A stretch of 64,000 bases of DNA from Octopus vulgaris (taxonomy: Eukaryota), in the NCBI GenBank assembly GCA_951406725.2, contig OX597816.1:16182001-16246000 (forward strand), written 5' to 3'. The notes under the pieces were generated by a model. That model had not been told where the DNA came from. It searched no databases and saw only the letters and a list, made by a program, of their open reading frames with translations. The position numbers were made by a program, and so were the translations under genes. Below, in pieces: positions 40,345-52,795 of the stretch (positions are counted from its first letter, which is position 1; the number at the start of each line of letters is the position of its first letter).

Positions 40345-40696
40345 CATACTGAAGTCTTGGCCAGAATACATAAGCAATATGGAGCCATGGCAAAGAACAA
40401 ATCAAGTTTCGATTAGGGAGCAAATATTTAAGAAAAAGTGGAAGTGGATTGGTAGCACAATTAGAAAAGACACACCAAATGTAGCAAAAAGTGCTTAACA
40501 GTGGAAACCGGATGGATATAGAAGGAGAGGTAGGCCTAAGAACTCGTGGCAGAGATCAACAGAAAGGGAGCTAGAGAAAGGGGGACATTCATGGCAGAGT
40601 ATAAGTACAGAAGCCAAAAATCATGCGACATGGAATTCAACTATAAGTGGCCTATACTCCGTTTTGGAGGGTTAAAGGCATAAAGAAAGAAAGAAA
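40345..40696 (+). mobile_element. RTE-clade LINE 3' end
   Basis: WPEYISN...KKWKWIGSTIRK...WKPDGYRRRGRPKNSWQRS followed by an (aaag)n tail. Confidence 0.8.
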
Positions 40697-41150
40697 CATT
40701 GAGTTCAGTGTCTCTACTGTTCTGAAGTCCTCTTTCCTAAATTATTCTGTCATTTCGGTGCATTTTTTCTCTTGAATTTTTAATCACTCACATGTATTTT
40801 GTATGGGTAGTTCAGGAGTTCTGTCCTAATTCCCTGATTTCAGTTTCTGGATCCTATTTAATATTCTCACATTTAATTAATTTGCTTCTTATCACAGTAG
40901 CTTTTAATACATTGTTATATCCTCGACTGAATTCCAGTAACATATTTAGTAATTTCACCAACCAAGTACTGTCTTTTGTCAACAGCTTTAATCAACCACA
41001 TAGAGGAGGAGATGGTTTCTAATTAACCTGTAGCACATATGTTACTACTGTTGGTTTCAATAATAAAACTGTTTTATGGGGCCAGAGTTAAGTAGAAACG
41101 AAAAAAGGAGTAAGGAAGTTGGAACGTAAAGGGAATACAGCATTGAGAGT

Positions 41151-41540
41151 GGAGGCGCAATGGCCCAGTGGTTAGGGCAGTGGACTCGCGGTCATAGGAT
41201 CGCGGTTTCGATTCCCAGACCGGGCGTTGTGAGTGTTTATTGAGCGAAAACACCTAAAAGCTCCACGAGTCTCCGGCAGGGGATGGTGGTGATTCCTGCT
41301 GTACTCTTTCACCACAACTTTCTCTCACTCTTTCTTCCTCTTTCTGCTGTACCTGTATTTCAAAGGGCCGGCCTTGTCACTCTCTGTGTCACACTGAATA
41401 TCCCCGAGAACAACGTTAAGGGTACACATGTCTGTGGAGTGCTTAGCCACTTACACGTTAATTTCACGAGCAAGCTGTTCCGTTGATTCGGATCAACCGG
41501 AACCCTCGTCGTCGTAACCGACGGAGTGCTTCCACAGCAT
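41151..41540 (+). mobile_element. tRNA-derived SINE family D
   Basis: ggaggcgcaatggcccagtggttagggc (A box) ... ggtttcgattcc (B box), followed by a non-tRNA body. Relatives at 1680-2010 (-) and 17983-18110 (+). Confidence 0.8.
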
Positions 41541-41544
41541 TGAG

Positions 41545-42632
41545 AAAACGCTTTGTGGTATTTCTGGCTCTTTGTTATTTTCTTAAGTCTTCTCTCATTT
41601 GATCTTCTGCTGCTACAATTAGGCTCCCTGTATCCTTTTTTTAATCGCCTCTTTTTTAACCAAGTCCAGGGTTTTGTTCCACATACGTCTTTAGTGGTTC
41701 TCCAAAATTGACCATACAAGGGTTTCTCTCCAATCTGTCTGATGTGCCTTCTTTGTATTTCATTCTTGTCCTTTTCTCCTATTACATGCTTGATCAGCTG
41801 TTCTTTATTTACTGTCTTTAGTAGTTTATTATTATTATTATTATGTTTTTTCCTTCTTTCTTCAAATTTTCTTCCGTTTCTCGCCGAGTGTTTTCCATAC
41901 ACCTAGGGCAGAGAAGGGCATTGTATGCATTCCCAGATTACATGCGCAAATTCACAGATAAAATATGTATTTAAAAATTAATAAATAAATAAATTCATGG
42001 ATGGATGTTATTTTCACAGCGATAGTGCTCTTCTCAGTACATGAGCTGTTCCAGTTAATATGATTTCTTGCACTTCCTGTAGGGATGGTAAGCCTGGAAT
42101 CATTTTCAAAAAGGTTTCAGTACTTTTTTTTATCATTCCTAGAGATCCTACAATCACTGGTACTGTAGTCATCTTGAGATGCCACATTTTTTCATTTTCT
42201 ATTAGCAGGTCTTTATATTTACTAATCTTGTCAAATCTATTATTATTATTATTATTATTATTATTGAGTGAGAGAGCAGTTCATGCCATCAAAGTGATAC
42301 TGGGGTAAAATATAAGAAGCCCAATATACCCATCATGACTACCCGTCTGATAAGGGTACACCAGGCACATGCATCACAACCATATGTGCGCGTCATGGTA
42401 ATCTCATATCAAGATAAACAGCACATGACCTTGCAGGTGGGGCCCAGTTAAAATTTTCTTCAGGTTGAGTAGCCCATCCCGCTCAAAAGGTCCCTGAATA
42501 AGGGTTGTTTAAGGATGTTGAAAGAACCACCTATGTTTCCAGAGGTGAACTATTCAAACCCCAAACAATCCCTCTCAACACATGGCTATGATGCTCCCCA
42601 ACTACTTCTGCTCATGATCAGAGATGCACATA

Positions 42633-42687
<55 letters not shown>

Positions 42688-43075
42688 AAATAAATAGAAG
42701 AGTGCTATAGTTATCATGTGAAATTGGTTGAGCGATATTTCGGCATCTAGCGTGCCTTCCACAGGTTCAAAATTACATGACAGTCCACTTCATTGTTTGT
42801 TTGGATTATATAGGCTACATGTAAACTTAGATGCCAAAAACCCTCCTAAGTATCCTAGCTGTCCCTATTACTACTATTTCCTGGAGTGGCACTAAAATAG
42901 GTTTTATGCCTATTTTCTCTCTCCATCAGTTCAAATCTTTAGGGATAGTTCCCAAGGCACCTATAACTACAGGGATACATTTTACCTGCACTGTCCATAG
43001 CCTCTGTAACTTAATGGCTAGGTCCTGGTACTTTGGTATTTTCTCTCTGTACCGCTCATGTTGACTTTCTCATCA
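41545..43075 (-). mobile_element. Cluster of R4/Dong-like (RLE) LINE fragments in a (TTA)n region
   Basis: KPLYGQFWR...WTWLKK (41600-41800); SKYKDLLI..KMWHLKMTTVPVIVGSLG (42050-42237); KYQDLAIKLQRLW.V..IPVVIGALGTIPK...GTARILRRV (42800-43075). Confidence 0.72.
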
Positions 43076-43084
43076 TTATTATTA

Positions 43085-43351
43085 ATACTCTTCTTCTTCT
43101 CCTCCGCCTCCTCCTCCTCCTTCTTCTTTTCCTCCTCCTTCTTCTTCTTTTCCTCCCCTTCTTCTTCTTCTTCTCTCCTCCTCCTCCTTCTCCTCTTCCT
43201 CCTCCTCCTTCTCCTCCTCCTCCTCCTCCTCCTTCTTCTTCTTCTCCTCCTCCTCCTCCTCCTTCGTCTTCGTCGTCTTCTTCTTCTCCTCCTTCTTCTT
43301 CGTCTTCGTCATCTTCTTCTTCTTTTCCTCCTCCTCCTCCTCCTCCTCCTT

Positions 43352-43420
<69 letters not shown>

Positions 43421-43435
43421 ATTATTATTATTATT
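43085..43435. repeat. (CTT/CCT)n + (TAT)n compound microsatellite
   Basis: Direct inspection. Confidence 0.9.
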
Positions 43436-43589
43436 GAGTGAGAGAGAGCAGTGCATGCCAGCAAAGTGATACTGGGGTAAAATATATGAATCCCAGTATA
43501 TCTATCATGACTACCTGGCTGATAAGGATACACCAGGTACATGCATCTTTTATACCAAGACATTATTATATCAAGATTATTATTATTAT

Positions 43590-44137
43590 TGAGTGAGAGA
43601 GCAGTGCATGCCATCAAAGTGACACTGGGGTAAAATATAAGAAGCCCAATATACCCATCATGACTACCCGTCTGATAAAGGTACACCAGGCACATGCATC
43701 ACAACCATATGTGCACGACATGGTGATCTCATATCAAGATAAACAGCACATGACCTCGGAGGTGGGGCCCAGTTAGAATTTTCTTCAGGTTGAGTAGCCC
43801 ATCCCGCTCAAAAGGTCCCTGAATAAGGGTTGTTTAAGGACGTTGAAAGAACCACCCATGTTTCCAGAGGTGAATTATTCAAACCCCAAAGAATCCCTCT
43901 CAACACATGGCTATGATGCTCCCCCACTACTTCTGCTCGTGATCAGAGATGCACATATCGTCAGCCACTAAGGGACATGCTCAACTAGTTAAGGTAAAGC
44001 ATCTGACAAGCAAATCTGTGGTATTGAGCAGAATATTTGCTGTAGTCCGTCTTTTATACCGACACAAAACAATGTACATGATAACACTTCCAATCAGTTA
44101 AGATCAGAAGCCATGAGAGCCACTGCCTGGTACTGCA

Positions 44138-44140
<3 letters not shown>
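43590..44140 (-). mobile_element. Non-coding repeat inserted in (TTA)n; further copies at 42266-42632 and 43436-43550
   Basis: All three copies begin gagtgagagagcagt(g/t)catgcca..aaagtga directly after (tta)n. Confidence 0.75.
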
Positions 44141-44174
<34 letters not shown>

Positions 44175-44219
44175 CATCATTATTATTATTATTTTTTTTA
44201 TCTCTTTTACAGCTCCACA

Positions 44220-44579
44220 ATGGCTATCAGCTTCTTAGAAAAGTCAAAAAACGCTTTCACTTCTGCCGACTATGTGATGTTTGCTCTTTTGTTGGTGATA
44301 TCAGCATCCATTGGGATCTTCTATGCCATCAAAGACCGTAAGAAGACAAACACAAAAGACTTTCTCTTGGCAGGAGGCAACATGAACCCAATTCCTGTGG
44401 CCCTTTCACTCGTTGCGAGCTTCATGTCGGCCATCACTTTATTGGGGACTCCTTCCGAGATGTACAGCTATACAACCATGTATTGGTACATTGCAATCAG
44501 CTATTTTTTCGTCTGTGGAGCCGCTGCACATTTGTTCACACCAGCTTTTTATCGGTTGCGTGTGACAAGTGTATATGAG
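44220..44579 (+). CDS. SLC5A8: SLC5 sodium/solute symporter (sodium-coupled monocarboxylate transporter / SMVT-like), first coding exon
   Basis: 120 codons MAISF...DYVMFALLLVISASIGIFYA...DFLLAGGNMNPIPVALSLVASFMSAITLLGTPSEMY...FYRLRVTSVYE match the SLC5A5/6/8/12 N-terminus. Polypyrimidine tract and AG acceptor at 44211-44212; GTAAGA donor at 44580 (phase 0). The symbol is family-level only; orthology among SLC5A5/6/8/12 is not resolved. Confidence 0.93.
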
Positions 44580-44689
44580 GTAAGACTTATTGTTGTCTTT
44601 ATTTTATTTTATTTTTTTTTTTTTTTTTGTTATTTTATCTAGTTTCAGCTCATGAGCTGTGGCCATGCTGGCGCACCACCATTTGGTGT

Positions 44690-44960
44690 TGCTACATGAT
44701 TTTACTTCACGAATGCTTTTTAGCAACTGCCATTTGGTGCATGAGAGAGTTCGATGCAGCTGCCCTCATCTGCACCTCCTGCCGTGAAGTTGGTTCATCT
44801 GGGACACCTGACAGGAAGAGATCCAGTTTTATTTTAAAGACATCTGCATCCACCCCATGCAGGCCTCTCAGGTTCTTTGGGAGGATATTGAAGAGCTGTG
44901 GGCCTCTGAAGCCCAGGTTATCACAGTATCTTATCCTACATCTTGATGGCAAATTGTTGG
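44690..44960 (-). mobile_element. CR1-group LINE 3' fragment
   Basis: GFRGPQLFNILPKNLRGLHGVDADVFKIKLDLFLSGVPDEP. Confidence 0.7.
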
Positions 44961-46464
44961 TGCATTTCTATTTTGCTTCCATCTTAGTTTCTTTTTCTTT
45001 CTCTTCTCTCTTATTTTGTTTTGTTCTTGTCTCTCTTTTACTTGTTTCAGTCATTTGACTGCGGCCATGCTGGAGCACCGCCTTTAGTCAAGCAAATCGA
45101 CCCCAGGACTTATTCTTTGTAAGCCCAGTACTTATTCTATCAGTCTCATTTGCCGAACCGCTAAGTGATGGGGACATAAACACACCAGCATCGGTTGTCA
45201 AGCAATGCTAGAGGGACAAATACAGACACACAAACATACACGCACACATATATATATATATATATATATACATATATATGACAGGCTTCTTTTAGTTTCC
45301 GTCTACCAAATCCACTCATAAGGCATGATGCAGTCATAGGATCTTCCAGCAGCCACCCTTTTCACCCAGAGCAGACTACCTCCTCCAGGCACTTGATGTA
45401 GGCCTCCATGTTGAGCGTGAGGCTGTGTAGGAAGATGAATGGAGGAATAACGTTGCCCTGTTGCCTCCAAATTTCTGGCAGAGTGAATTGCTGTTTTTCT
45501 CACCGGTGGTGCCCAACTGACCCTACTATACTGGTGCGGAAATGTGTAATACATAGGTGTGTAGTGGGTTGTCTACCAGGCTTCTATCACACTTAAAGTC
45601 AGTTGGTTAATCAGAGCTTCACCAGTTCTTGGCTAACTGTTCCTGATAGCATCATGAGCTTCATTCCTGAACTTTCAGAAGAAACAAGGCCATCATCTTA
45701 GATGTGTTCCTCCACACATATAAAATTCACAACCCCCAAATGACTTCAGGCAAATATCATGGCCTCAATGGTTGGTTGAATTCATCCACTCCTACAAACT
45801 TATCTTCTATCCCTTATGTTTTATTTGTTTCAGCCATTGGTTGGTGTTGCCCTTCTTAACGCCAACCACCCACTACACTCATGGAGTGGTTGGCGTTAGG
45901 AAGGGCATCCAGCTGTAGAAACACTGCCAGATCAGACTGGAGCCTGGTGCAGCCTTCGGGCTTCCCAGACCCCAGTTGAACTGTCCAACCCATGCTAGCA
46001 TGGAAATCAGACGTTAAACGATGATGATGATGATGATGATTAGACTGCGACCATGCTAGAGCACCACCTGAAGAATTTTTAGTCGGATAAATCAATTTCA
46101 AAAGTAATTTTTTTTTTAAGTACTTATTCATTAGACTCTTCCTGCCCTCTAGACCTCAACTTTGATAGTTCTGTAAGCAGTGCTCATGCAGAGAAAGCCT
46201 CTTTGCAACCATCTCCCAACTGCAAACATGAAGTTGATCCTCCACAAAATGACACTTCTCTATACAATAAAGCCACACATTTACTCTTTTACTTGTTTTA
46301 GTCATTTGACAGTGGAGCACTTCCTTTAGTTGAGCACATCAACCCCAGGACGTATTCTTTGTAAGCCTAGTACTTATTCTATCGGTCTCTTTTGCCAAAC
46401 TGCTAAGTTATGGAGATGTAAACATGCCAGTATCGGTTGTCAAACGATGTTGGGGGAACAAACG

Positions 46465-46496
<32 letters not shown>

Positions 46497-48666
46497 CAAA
46501 TATACGACAGGCTTCTTTCAGTTTCCATCTACCAAATCCACTCACAAGGCTTTGGTCGGCCTGAGGCTATAGTAGAAGACACTTGCCCAAGTTTCCACAC
46601 AGTGGGACTGAACCCGGAACCATGTGGTTGGTAAACAAGCTACTTACTACACAGCCACTCTTGCACCTACAAATTTTCTATACTAATATCACTGTGATAT
46701 ACTTAAGCATAATCAACACTCACCAAATATAAACAGGAAAACAAACCATAACTATTACCAAACCAAAAATAAACATCGCCATTCACCTACATTCTTTTGT
46801 GAACCCTGAAATACCAATCTTTTAAAAGCTAATACGCCTAAATACTAAGCTCAAAACACTGGACTGAACTCTAGGATTTAACCTTCACATTCTCAAAACA
46901 AAAGGCGAACATCTCATTAATTTCTAAATAAAACCAGCAACAACAAAATCATGTAACACATATGCTGACTAACAGCCTTACTAAAATCTTTTGTGAAACC
47001 CTTTGACCAGAAGATGACACGCCTAAACATACCTAATTGCAAAGATATACATGCATGAATAACTTCTAACCATTAGCACTTGCCCAAGTTTATTCAATTG
47101 AAACTATCTATTCAAGCTTACTACAGCATAACATGCAGTGCAATTACTATTCAACAGAACTCAAGTTAGCGTTGAAAATTTTAACTTACCAGAGAAAATA
47201 TAAAGTCAAAACGGACTTAAATGATTTACAGCCCAATGATGGCTTAGGTGACCAAATCTTTGAAGTCATTGTCAATCCTATTCTTAAAGAATAATAAATT
47301 TGTAGTCTATTGAGTAATCCTTCAATTTAATGTAAAATTGTTTTTACTATAACGAAAACAAACATTAAGATATAAATATACTTGGTCTTGACAGCAATGA
47401 GCATGAAAAATGCAGCTTCACAAAGATACGTGGATGCAAACATAGCTGAAATCCAAAGAGCCTAATGTGAGATCAGAGGGTAAACAGGAAGGGACTTGAT
47501 CCAGAACGTTTCAAGATCCAGTTCTTTGAAGTCTTCCTTAGCTCAAGAGACTCCTCTCACGCTTCATCAAAAACATCAGTTACTTCACACTGAAATGAGT
47601 TCTTGATGAATTTCCAAGCTTCATGCTTTTCATCTATATCTAGGAAGAAGTATCTGATGAATTCTGTTTTCAAGCCAGTTAGATGAGTGACTATTTATTT
47701 CTGTAACTCAGAATTAAGGTTATCATGAATGAGAGCAGAATCCAAGTAACTAAAACTGGCTGTATTTTCCTGCTGAATTTAACATTTCCAGCAGTTGAGT
47801 TTGGCTATGAAAGTTCAAAAGGTGTCATGGTGTGTGAGAACATTGATGTTTTTCCCTTGTAGTTTAAGGTTGAGAGCATTCAACACTTCAAAGATATCCA
47901 TCAGGTAAGCTAGAGATAGCTGAAAGTCTTCAGAATAGAACTTGTCATGGAGATCTACCTTCCATTAAAAAACTAGAAATGTTGCTACTTCTTCTTGTAG
48001 TTCATAAATCTGTCCTAGTATGTTCTCCCTTAATAGCTTGCTGGTGGCACATAAAAAGCACCAACCAATCGTGGCCATTGCCAGCCTCGCCTGGCACCTG
48101 TGCTGGTGGCATGTAAAAAGCATCCACTACACTCACAGAGTAGTTGGCATTAGGAAGGGCATCCAGCTATAGAAACTCTGCCAGATCAGACTGGGCCTGG
48201 TGCAGCCTCCTTGCTTCCCAGACCCCGTTCGAACCGTCCAACCCATGCTAGCATGGAAAGCGGATGTTAAACGATGATGATGATGATGATGATGATGATG
48301 TATGTTCATGGGAAAAGCAATGCTTCATGTTCAGATTCTATATCTTTACATAACAGTTTGGAAAGACGACTGTTTAAGGCTCCACCTTTAACAAAGTTGA
48401 CAACTTTATTGATAGCAACGTTCAGGACATTTCTCATTTCAGTAGGTAATGTTCAGGATGCTCAGGCTTCATGATGAAGCATGCAGTGTGTACCTACAAC
48501 AGATGGATTTTTTATCTTACCCTAATAATGAATCCAGACTGCAGACCAAGCATGGCTAGAGCTTCATCAGTGTACATCCCTACAAACAAATCCCACGAAA
48601 GTTGGTTTTCCTGAAAGAAGTTTGATATATCATGAAAAATAGTGGTGACAGAACAACATTTCCTCT

Positions 48667-48806
48667 ACATTATTTACATTCGACGGATATTTGTCCTCAT
48701 CTTGTTTGTTGTTAACACAACGTTTCAGCTGATATACCCTTCAGCCTTCTTCAGGTGTCTTGGGGAAATTTCGAACCTAGGTTCTCATTCCTAATGTATT
48801 TTTAGA

Positions 48807-48866
<60 letters not shown>

Positions 48867-49204
48867 CATTATTAGTATTATTATTATTGTTGTTGTTGTT
48901 GCTGTTTAGGTCACTGCTTGGAATTGAACTTGGAATCTTGGGGTTAGTAGCCTACACTCTTAACCCCAAGATTCCAAGTTCGATTCCAGGCAGTGACATG
49001 AACAACAACAACAACAACAACAATAACATCGAAAAATATTTTAGGAATGAGAACCCAGGTTCAAAATTTTCCCAAGACACCTGATGAAGGCTGGATGGTA
49101 CATCAGCCGAAACGTTTTGTCAACAACAAACAAGATGAGGACAGATATCCTTTGAATGTAAATAATGTAAATAATTCCTCATCTCTTAAATATAGAACTG
49201 TAAT
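48667..49204. mobile_element. Fold-back insertion of a tRNA-headed element with minimal hammerhead tail
   Basis: Arms 48667-48946 and 48961-49169 are reverse complements. Each has a gttc(g/a)attcc B-box-like head, a trinucleotide tract and a CTGA(T/A)GA-ggctg..cagc(c/t)-GAAACGTT motif. Flanked by catttcctct (48657-48666) and catatcctct (49205-49214). Confidence 0.7.
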
Positions 49205-49590
49205 CATATCCTCTTTTACACAGTTGCCTGACACAAAACGAACATATGCCAGTAGCTGAGAACACTGCACAATGTCAGTTGTTTCATCACACTGGATGAC
49301 AAAAACAGGAGAATCTCTTACTTGGTCAAGAATTTGATCTTTGGTGTCTTGAGACAAGTTGTTGATCCTTCCCTTGACTTTATCATTTGATAGTGAAATC
49401 CGGGAAAGCTTGTTTGCATTATCTTTCTCCAGAATGAATTCTGCTGCATGGAGTGGACTTGGTTCTTTGAGAGACTCTCTGATGTTGTGGCTCTTCTTTC
49501 TCTTTGCAATCGCCACGGCGATCTCATAGGAAGCCTCAGCAACCAATGGAATTTGATGACGAAATACCCCAATACCATCCAACTTAGCTT

Positions 49591-50445
49591 GCCTCAAAGA
49601 ATGTCCTTTCGTTTCAAAGAATGCCTTGGGCTTTTGCCTCAAGAAATGTCCTTTTGTTTCAAAGAATGCCTTGGGCTTTTTCCCCAAGGAATGTCCTTTT
49701 GTTTCAAAGAATGCCTTGGGCTTTTTCCCCAAGGAATGTCCTTTTGTTTCAAAGAATGCCTTGGGCTTTTTCCTCAAGGAATGTCCTTTTGTTTCAAAGA
49801 ATGCCTTGGGCTTTTTCCCCAAGGAATGTCCTTTTGTTTCAAAGAATGCCTTGGGCTTTTTCCTCAAGGAATGTCCTTTTGTTTCAAAGAATGCCTTGGG
49901 CTTTTTCCCCAAGGAATGTCCTTTTGTTTCAAAGAATGCCTTGGGCTTTTTTCCTCAAGGAATGTCCTTTTGTTTCAAAGAATGCCTTGGGCTTTTCCTC
50001 AAGGAATGTCCTTTTGTTTCAAAGAATGCCTTGGCTTTTCCTCAAGGAATGTCCTTTTGTTTCAAAGAATGCCTTGGGCTTTTTCCTCAAGGAATGTCCT
50101 TTTGTTTCAAAGAATGCCTTGGGCTTTTTCCCCAAGGAATGTCCTTTTGTTTAAAAGAATGCCTTGGGCTTTTTTCCTCAAGGAATGTCCTTTTGTTTCA
50201 AAGAATGCCTTGGGCTTTTTCCTCAAGGAATGTCCTTTTGTTTCAAAGAATGCCTTGGGCTTTTTCCTCAAGGAATGTCCTTTTGTTTCAAAGAATGCCT
50301 TGGGCTTTTTCCCCAAGGAATGTCCTTTTGTTTCAAAGAATGCCTTGGGCTTTTTCCTCAAGGAATGTCCTTTTGTTTCAAAGGATGCCTTGGGCTTTTT
50401 CCTCAAGGAATGTCCTTTTGTTTCAAAGAATGCCTTGGGCTTTTC
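49591..50445. repeat. 45-bp minisatellite, ~19 copies, inside the hAT transposase
   Basis: Unit cttttgtttcaaagaatgccttgggctttttcctcaaggaatgtc; the minus strand encodes KPKAFFETKGHSL(R/G)K repeats. Confidence 0.95.
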
Positions 50446-51574
50446 TGCGAGAGCAGGATGTGTTGTCCTCAAGTGGCGTTCCAAGCGTGAAGGTTGCATT
50501 CCATCATTGCTCAAAGTTTTGTAACATATCACACACTGGGGGGCTTCTGTGTCACCCTTTTGGAGGGAACGAATCTAAACCGAATATATTCATCAAGATA
50601 CTTCTGTTTCTTTTGCACTCATTGTGAATTATTTGCTGTGCAGTGGATAGCACAAATATATGAACAAAAGATAAGCCATGTGTAAGGTAATATCAAGGCC
50701 CAAGTTAGAATGCTTGTAGTAAAAAGTTATCATCATCATCATCATTTAGCGTCCGCTTTCCACGCTAGCATGGGTTGGACGGTTCAACTGGGGTCTGGGA
50801 AGCCAGAAGGCTGCACCAGGCCCAGTCTGATCTGGCAATGTTTCTACGGCTGGATTCCCTTCCTAATGCCAACCACTCTGTGAGTGTAATGGGTGCTTTT
50901 TACGTGCCACCGGCACAGGTGCCAGATGGCGCTGGCAAACGGCCACGGTCAGATGGTGCTTTTTATGTGGCACCGGCACGGGGGCCAGGCGGGGCTGGCA
51001 ACGGCCATGATCGGATGGTGCTTTTTACGTGCCACCGGCACGGAGGCCCATCGGGGCGGGACTGGCAACAGCGACATTCGGATTCGTTCACGTTCTGAAA
51101 AAAAAAATTAAAACAAATTTGAAATAAAAGTTAAATTAAAAGAAAAGTTATATGAAAAATTTGTACAATAAAATATTGTATTTATTTGTACGCAAATAGA
51201 AAAAAACTTTCTTTAAAAAAGAAAAGATTTTGCATAGCTTTTAGTTTTATCTACTACTTTCTGTAATACTTAAATCTGAATTTTAGTTTAACATTTGGCT
51301 CTATATAAAAAAATTTTTCTCACAAAAAAAATTTATAATATTTTTAACATAAACATTTAATATTAAATATTTTGGTTTTATTAAAATTTTTTATTTTTCC
51401 AATCTGCGTTATAATGTTTTTGAGACTTTATTAAATTGAGCAATAGTAGAATTTATTACATACTTTTTGTTTCATTTCCTATTTTTAGATATATCATACT
51501 TTCATCTTGCTAAAATATAAAAATAGTTTTCAGTTTTTAAAATTAAGTTAATATTTCTAAGTATGTTACTATGT

Positions 51575-51910
51575 GAAGGCGCATGGCTCAGTGGTTAGAG
51601 TGTCGAGCTTACAATCGTGAGGTTGTGAGTTTGAATCCCAGACCGGGCTGCGTGTTGAGTTCTTGAGCAAGACACATTATTTCACGTTGCTCCAGTTCAC
51701 TCAGCTGTAGAAATGAATTGCGACATCACAGGTGCCAAGCTGTATCTGCTGTTGCCTTTCCCTTGGATAACACTGGTGGTGTGGAGAGGGGAGGCCGGTA
51801 TGCATGGGCGACTGCTGGTCTTCCATAAACAACCTTGCCCAGACTTGTGCCTCAGAGGGTAACTTTCTAGGTGCAAGCTCATGGTCAGTGTCGTGACCGA
51901 AGGGGGTCTC
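51575..51910 (+). mobile_element. tRNA-derived SINE family E
   Basis: ggcgcatggctcagtggttagag...gagtttgaatcc head, followed by a ttcttgagcaagacac core. Confidence 0.7.
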
Positions 51911-52149
51911 AATGTTAGTATAATGTTTCAAACAATGACACTTTGGACTAAAAAGAGTGGAAATCCTAGAATCACATACAGTGTGTGATCTTGGGACTGA
52001 TATGAGCAACAATGCTTCATTTCACATGCATGTCACCAAGATGGTGGCAGTGAGTAGCCAGATGAATTCTGAGAACCTTCAGAACAAGGGACCAAGAAGA
52101 TATGCTGGTCCTATGGAGGACATTTGTCCTCAGCCATCTGGACTACTAC

Positions 52150-52500
52150 TCACAAGTGATGGCAACGTTATGCCTCCATTCATCTTCCCACATGGCCTCA
52201 GACTCAAAACGGAGGCCTACATCAAGTATCTGGAGGAGGTAGTCTGCCCTGGGTGAAAAGGGTGGCTACTGGAACATCCTATGTCTGGTAACAGGACCTT
52301 GCACCATGCCACAGAAGCAGGAGAACCCAGTCATGGCTCTCAGACAATTTCTGCAGCCACATCACCCCTAACATTTGGCCCCCTAACTCCCCAGAGACTG
52401 ACAAAACTCCTTGTAACACCAAAGATGAACTGAAGACAAGGATTATGGCATCATTCACCAACTTAAACAAAGAGACCATCCAGAAGAATTGCAGAATTTT
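52150..52500 (+). mobile_element. Tc1/mariner-family transposase fragment
   Basis: SDGNVMPPFIFPHGLRLKTEAYIKYLEEVV..WVKRV....YVW*QDLAPCH...TQSWLSDNF....IWPPNSP. A related fragment lies on the minus strand at ~45335-45720. Confidence 0.8.
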
Positions 52501-52760
52501 CTCTTGAGTATTTCAAGATATTTTTCTGTAATTTCAGTAAATATATCTGTTAAAATGAGATATTCTCTCTTTTACTTGTTTCCGCCATTTGACTGCGGCC
52601 ATGCTGGAGCACTGCCTTTAGTCGAGCAAATCGACCCCAGGACCCACTCTTTGTAAGCCTAGTACTTGTAAGCCTCGGTCTCTTTTGGCGAACCGTTAAG
52701 TTACGGGGACATAAACACCCCAGCATCGGTTGTCAAGCGATGCTGGGGGGACAAACACAG

Positions 52761-52795
<35 letters not shown>

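Larger units (their letters stand above)
47370..50640 (-). mobile_element. Degenerate hAT Buster/Charlie-type transposase (ZBED5/SCAND3-like), interrupted by insertions
   Basis: BED finger CVICYKTLSNDGMQPSRLERHLRTTHP; ASYEIAVAIAKRKKSHNI; ISLSNDKV; IQCDETTDIVQCSQLLAYVRF; downstream HCMLHHEA, LAYLMDIF.LN.LNLKLQG and FASTYLCEAAF, with stops and frameshifts. Confidence 0.88.

Noticed and set aside
41151-41225. Possible tRNA gene (also 17983 and 51575)
   Set aside because: A and B boxes are present, but there is no clean acceptor stem and the sequence runs into a SINE body.
43033-43695. Poly-Pro/Ser/Leu/Glu ORFs
   Set aside because: Trinucleotide microsatellite.
44580-44642. C-terminal 20 aa of the 140-aa ORF in the track
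   Set aside because: Read-through into the intron past the GTAAGA donor.
49448-50627. Long plus-strand ORFs (358 and 333 aa) and CRISPR-like periodicity
   Set aside because: These are antisense readings of the 45-bp minisatellite. There are no unique spacers, so it is not a CRISPR array.
47370-50640. Domesticated ZBED/SCAND3 gene
   Set aside because: Multiple stops, frameshifts and nested insertions indicate a dead transposon.
51100-51570. Extremely AT-rich stretch, possible mitochondrial insertion
   Set aside because: No recognisable mitochondrial gene or rRNA motif.
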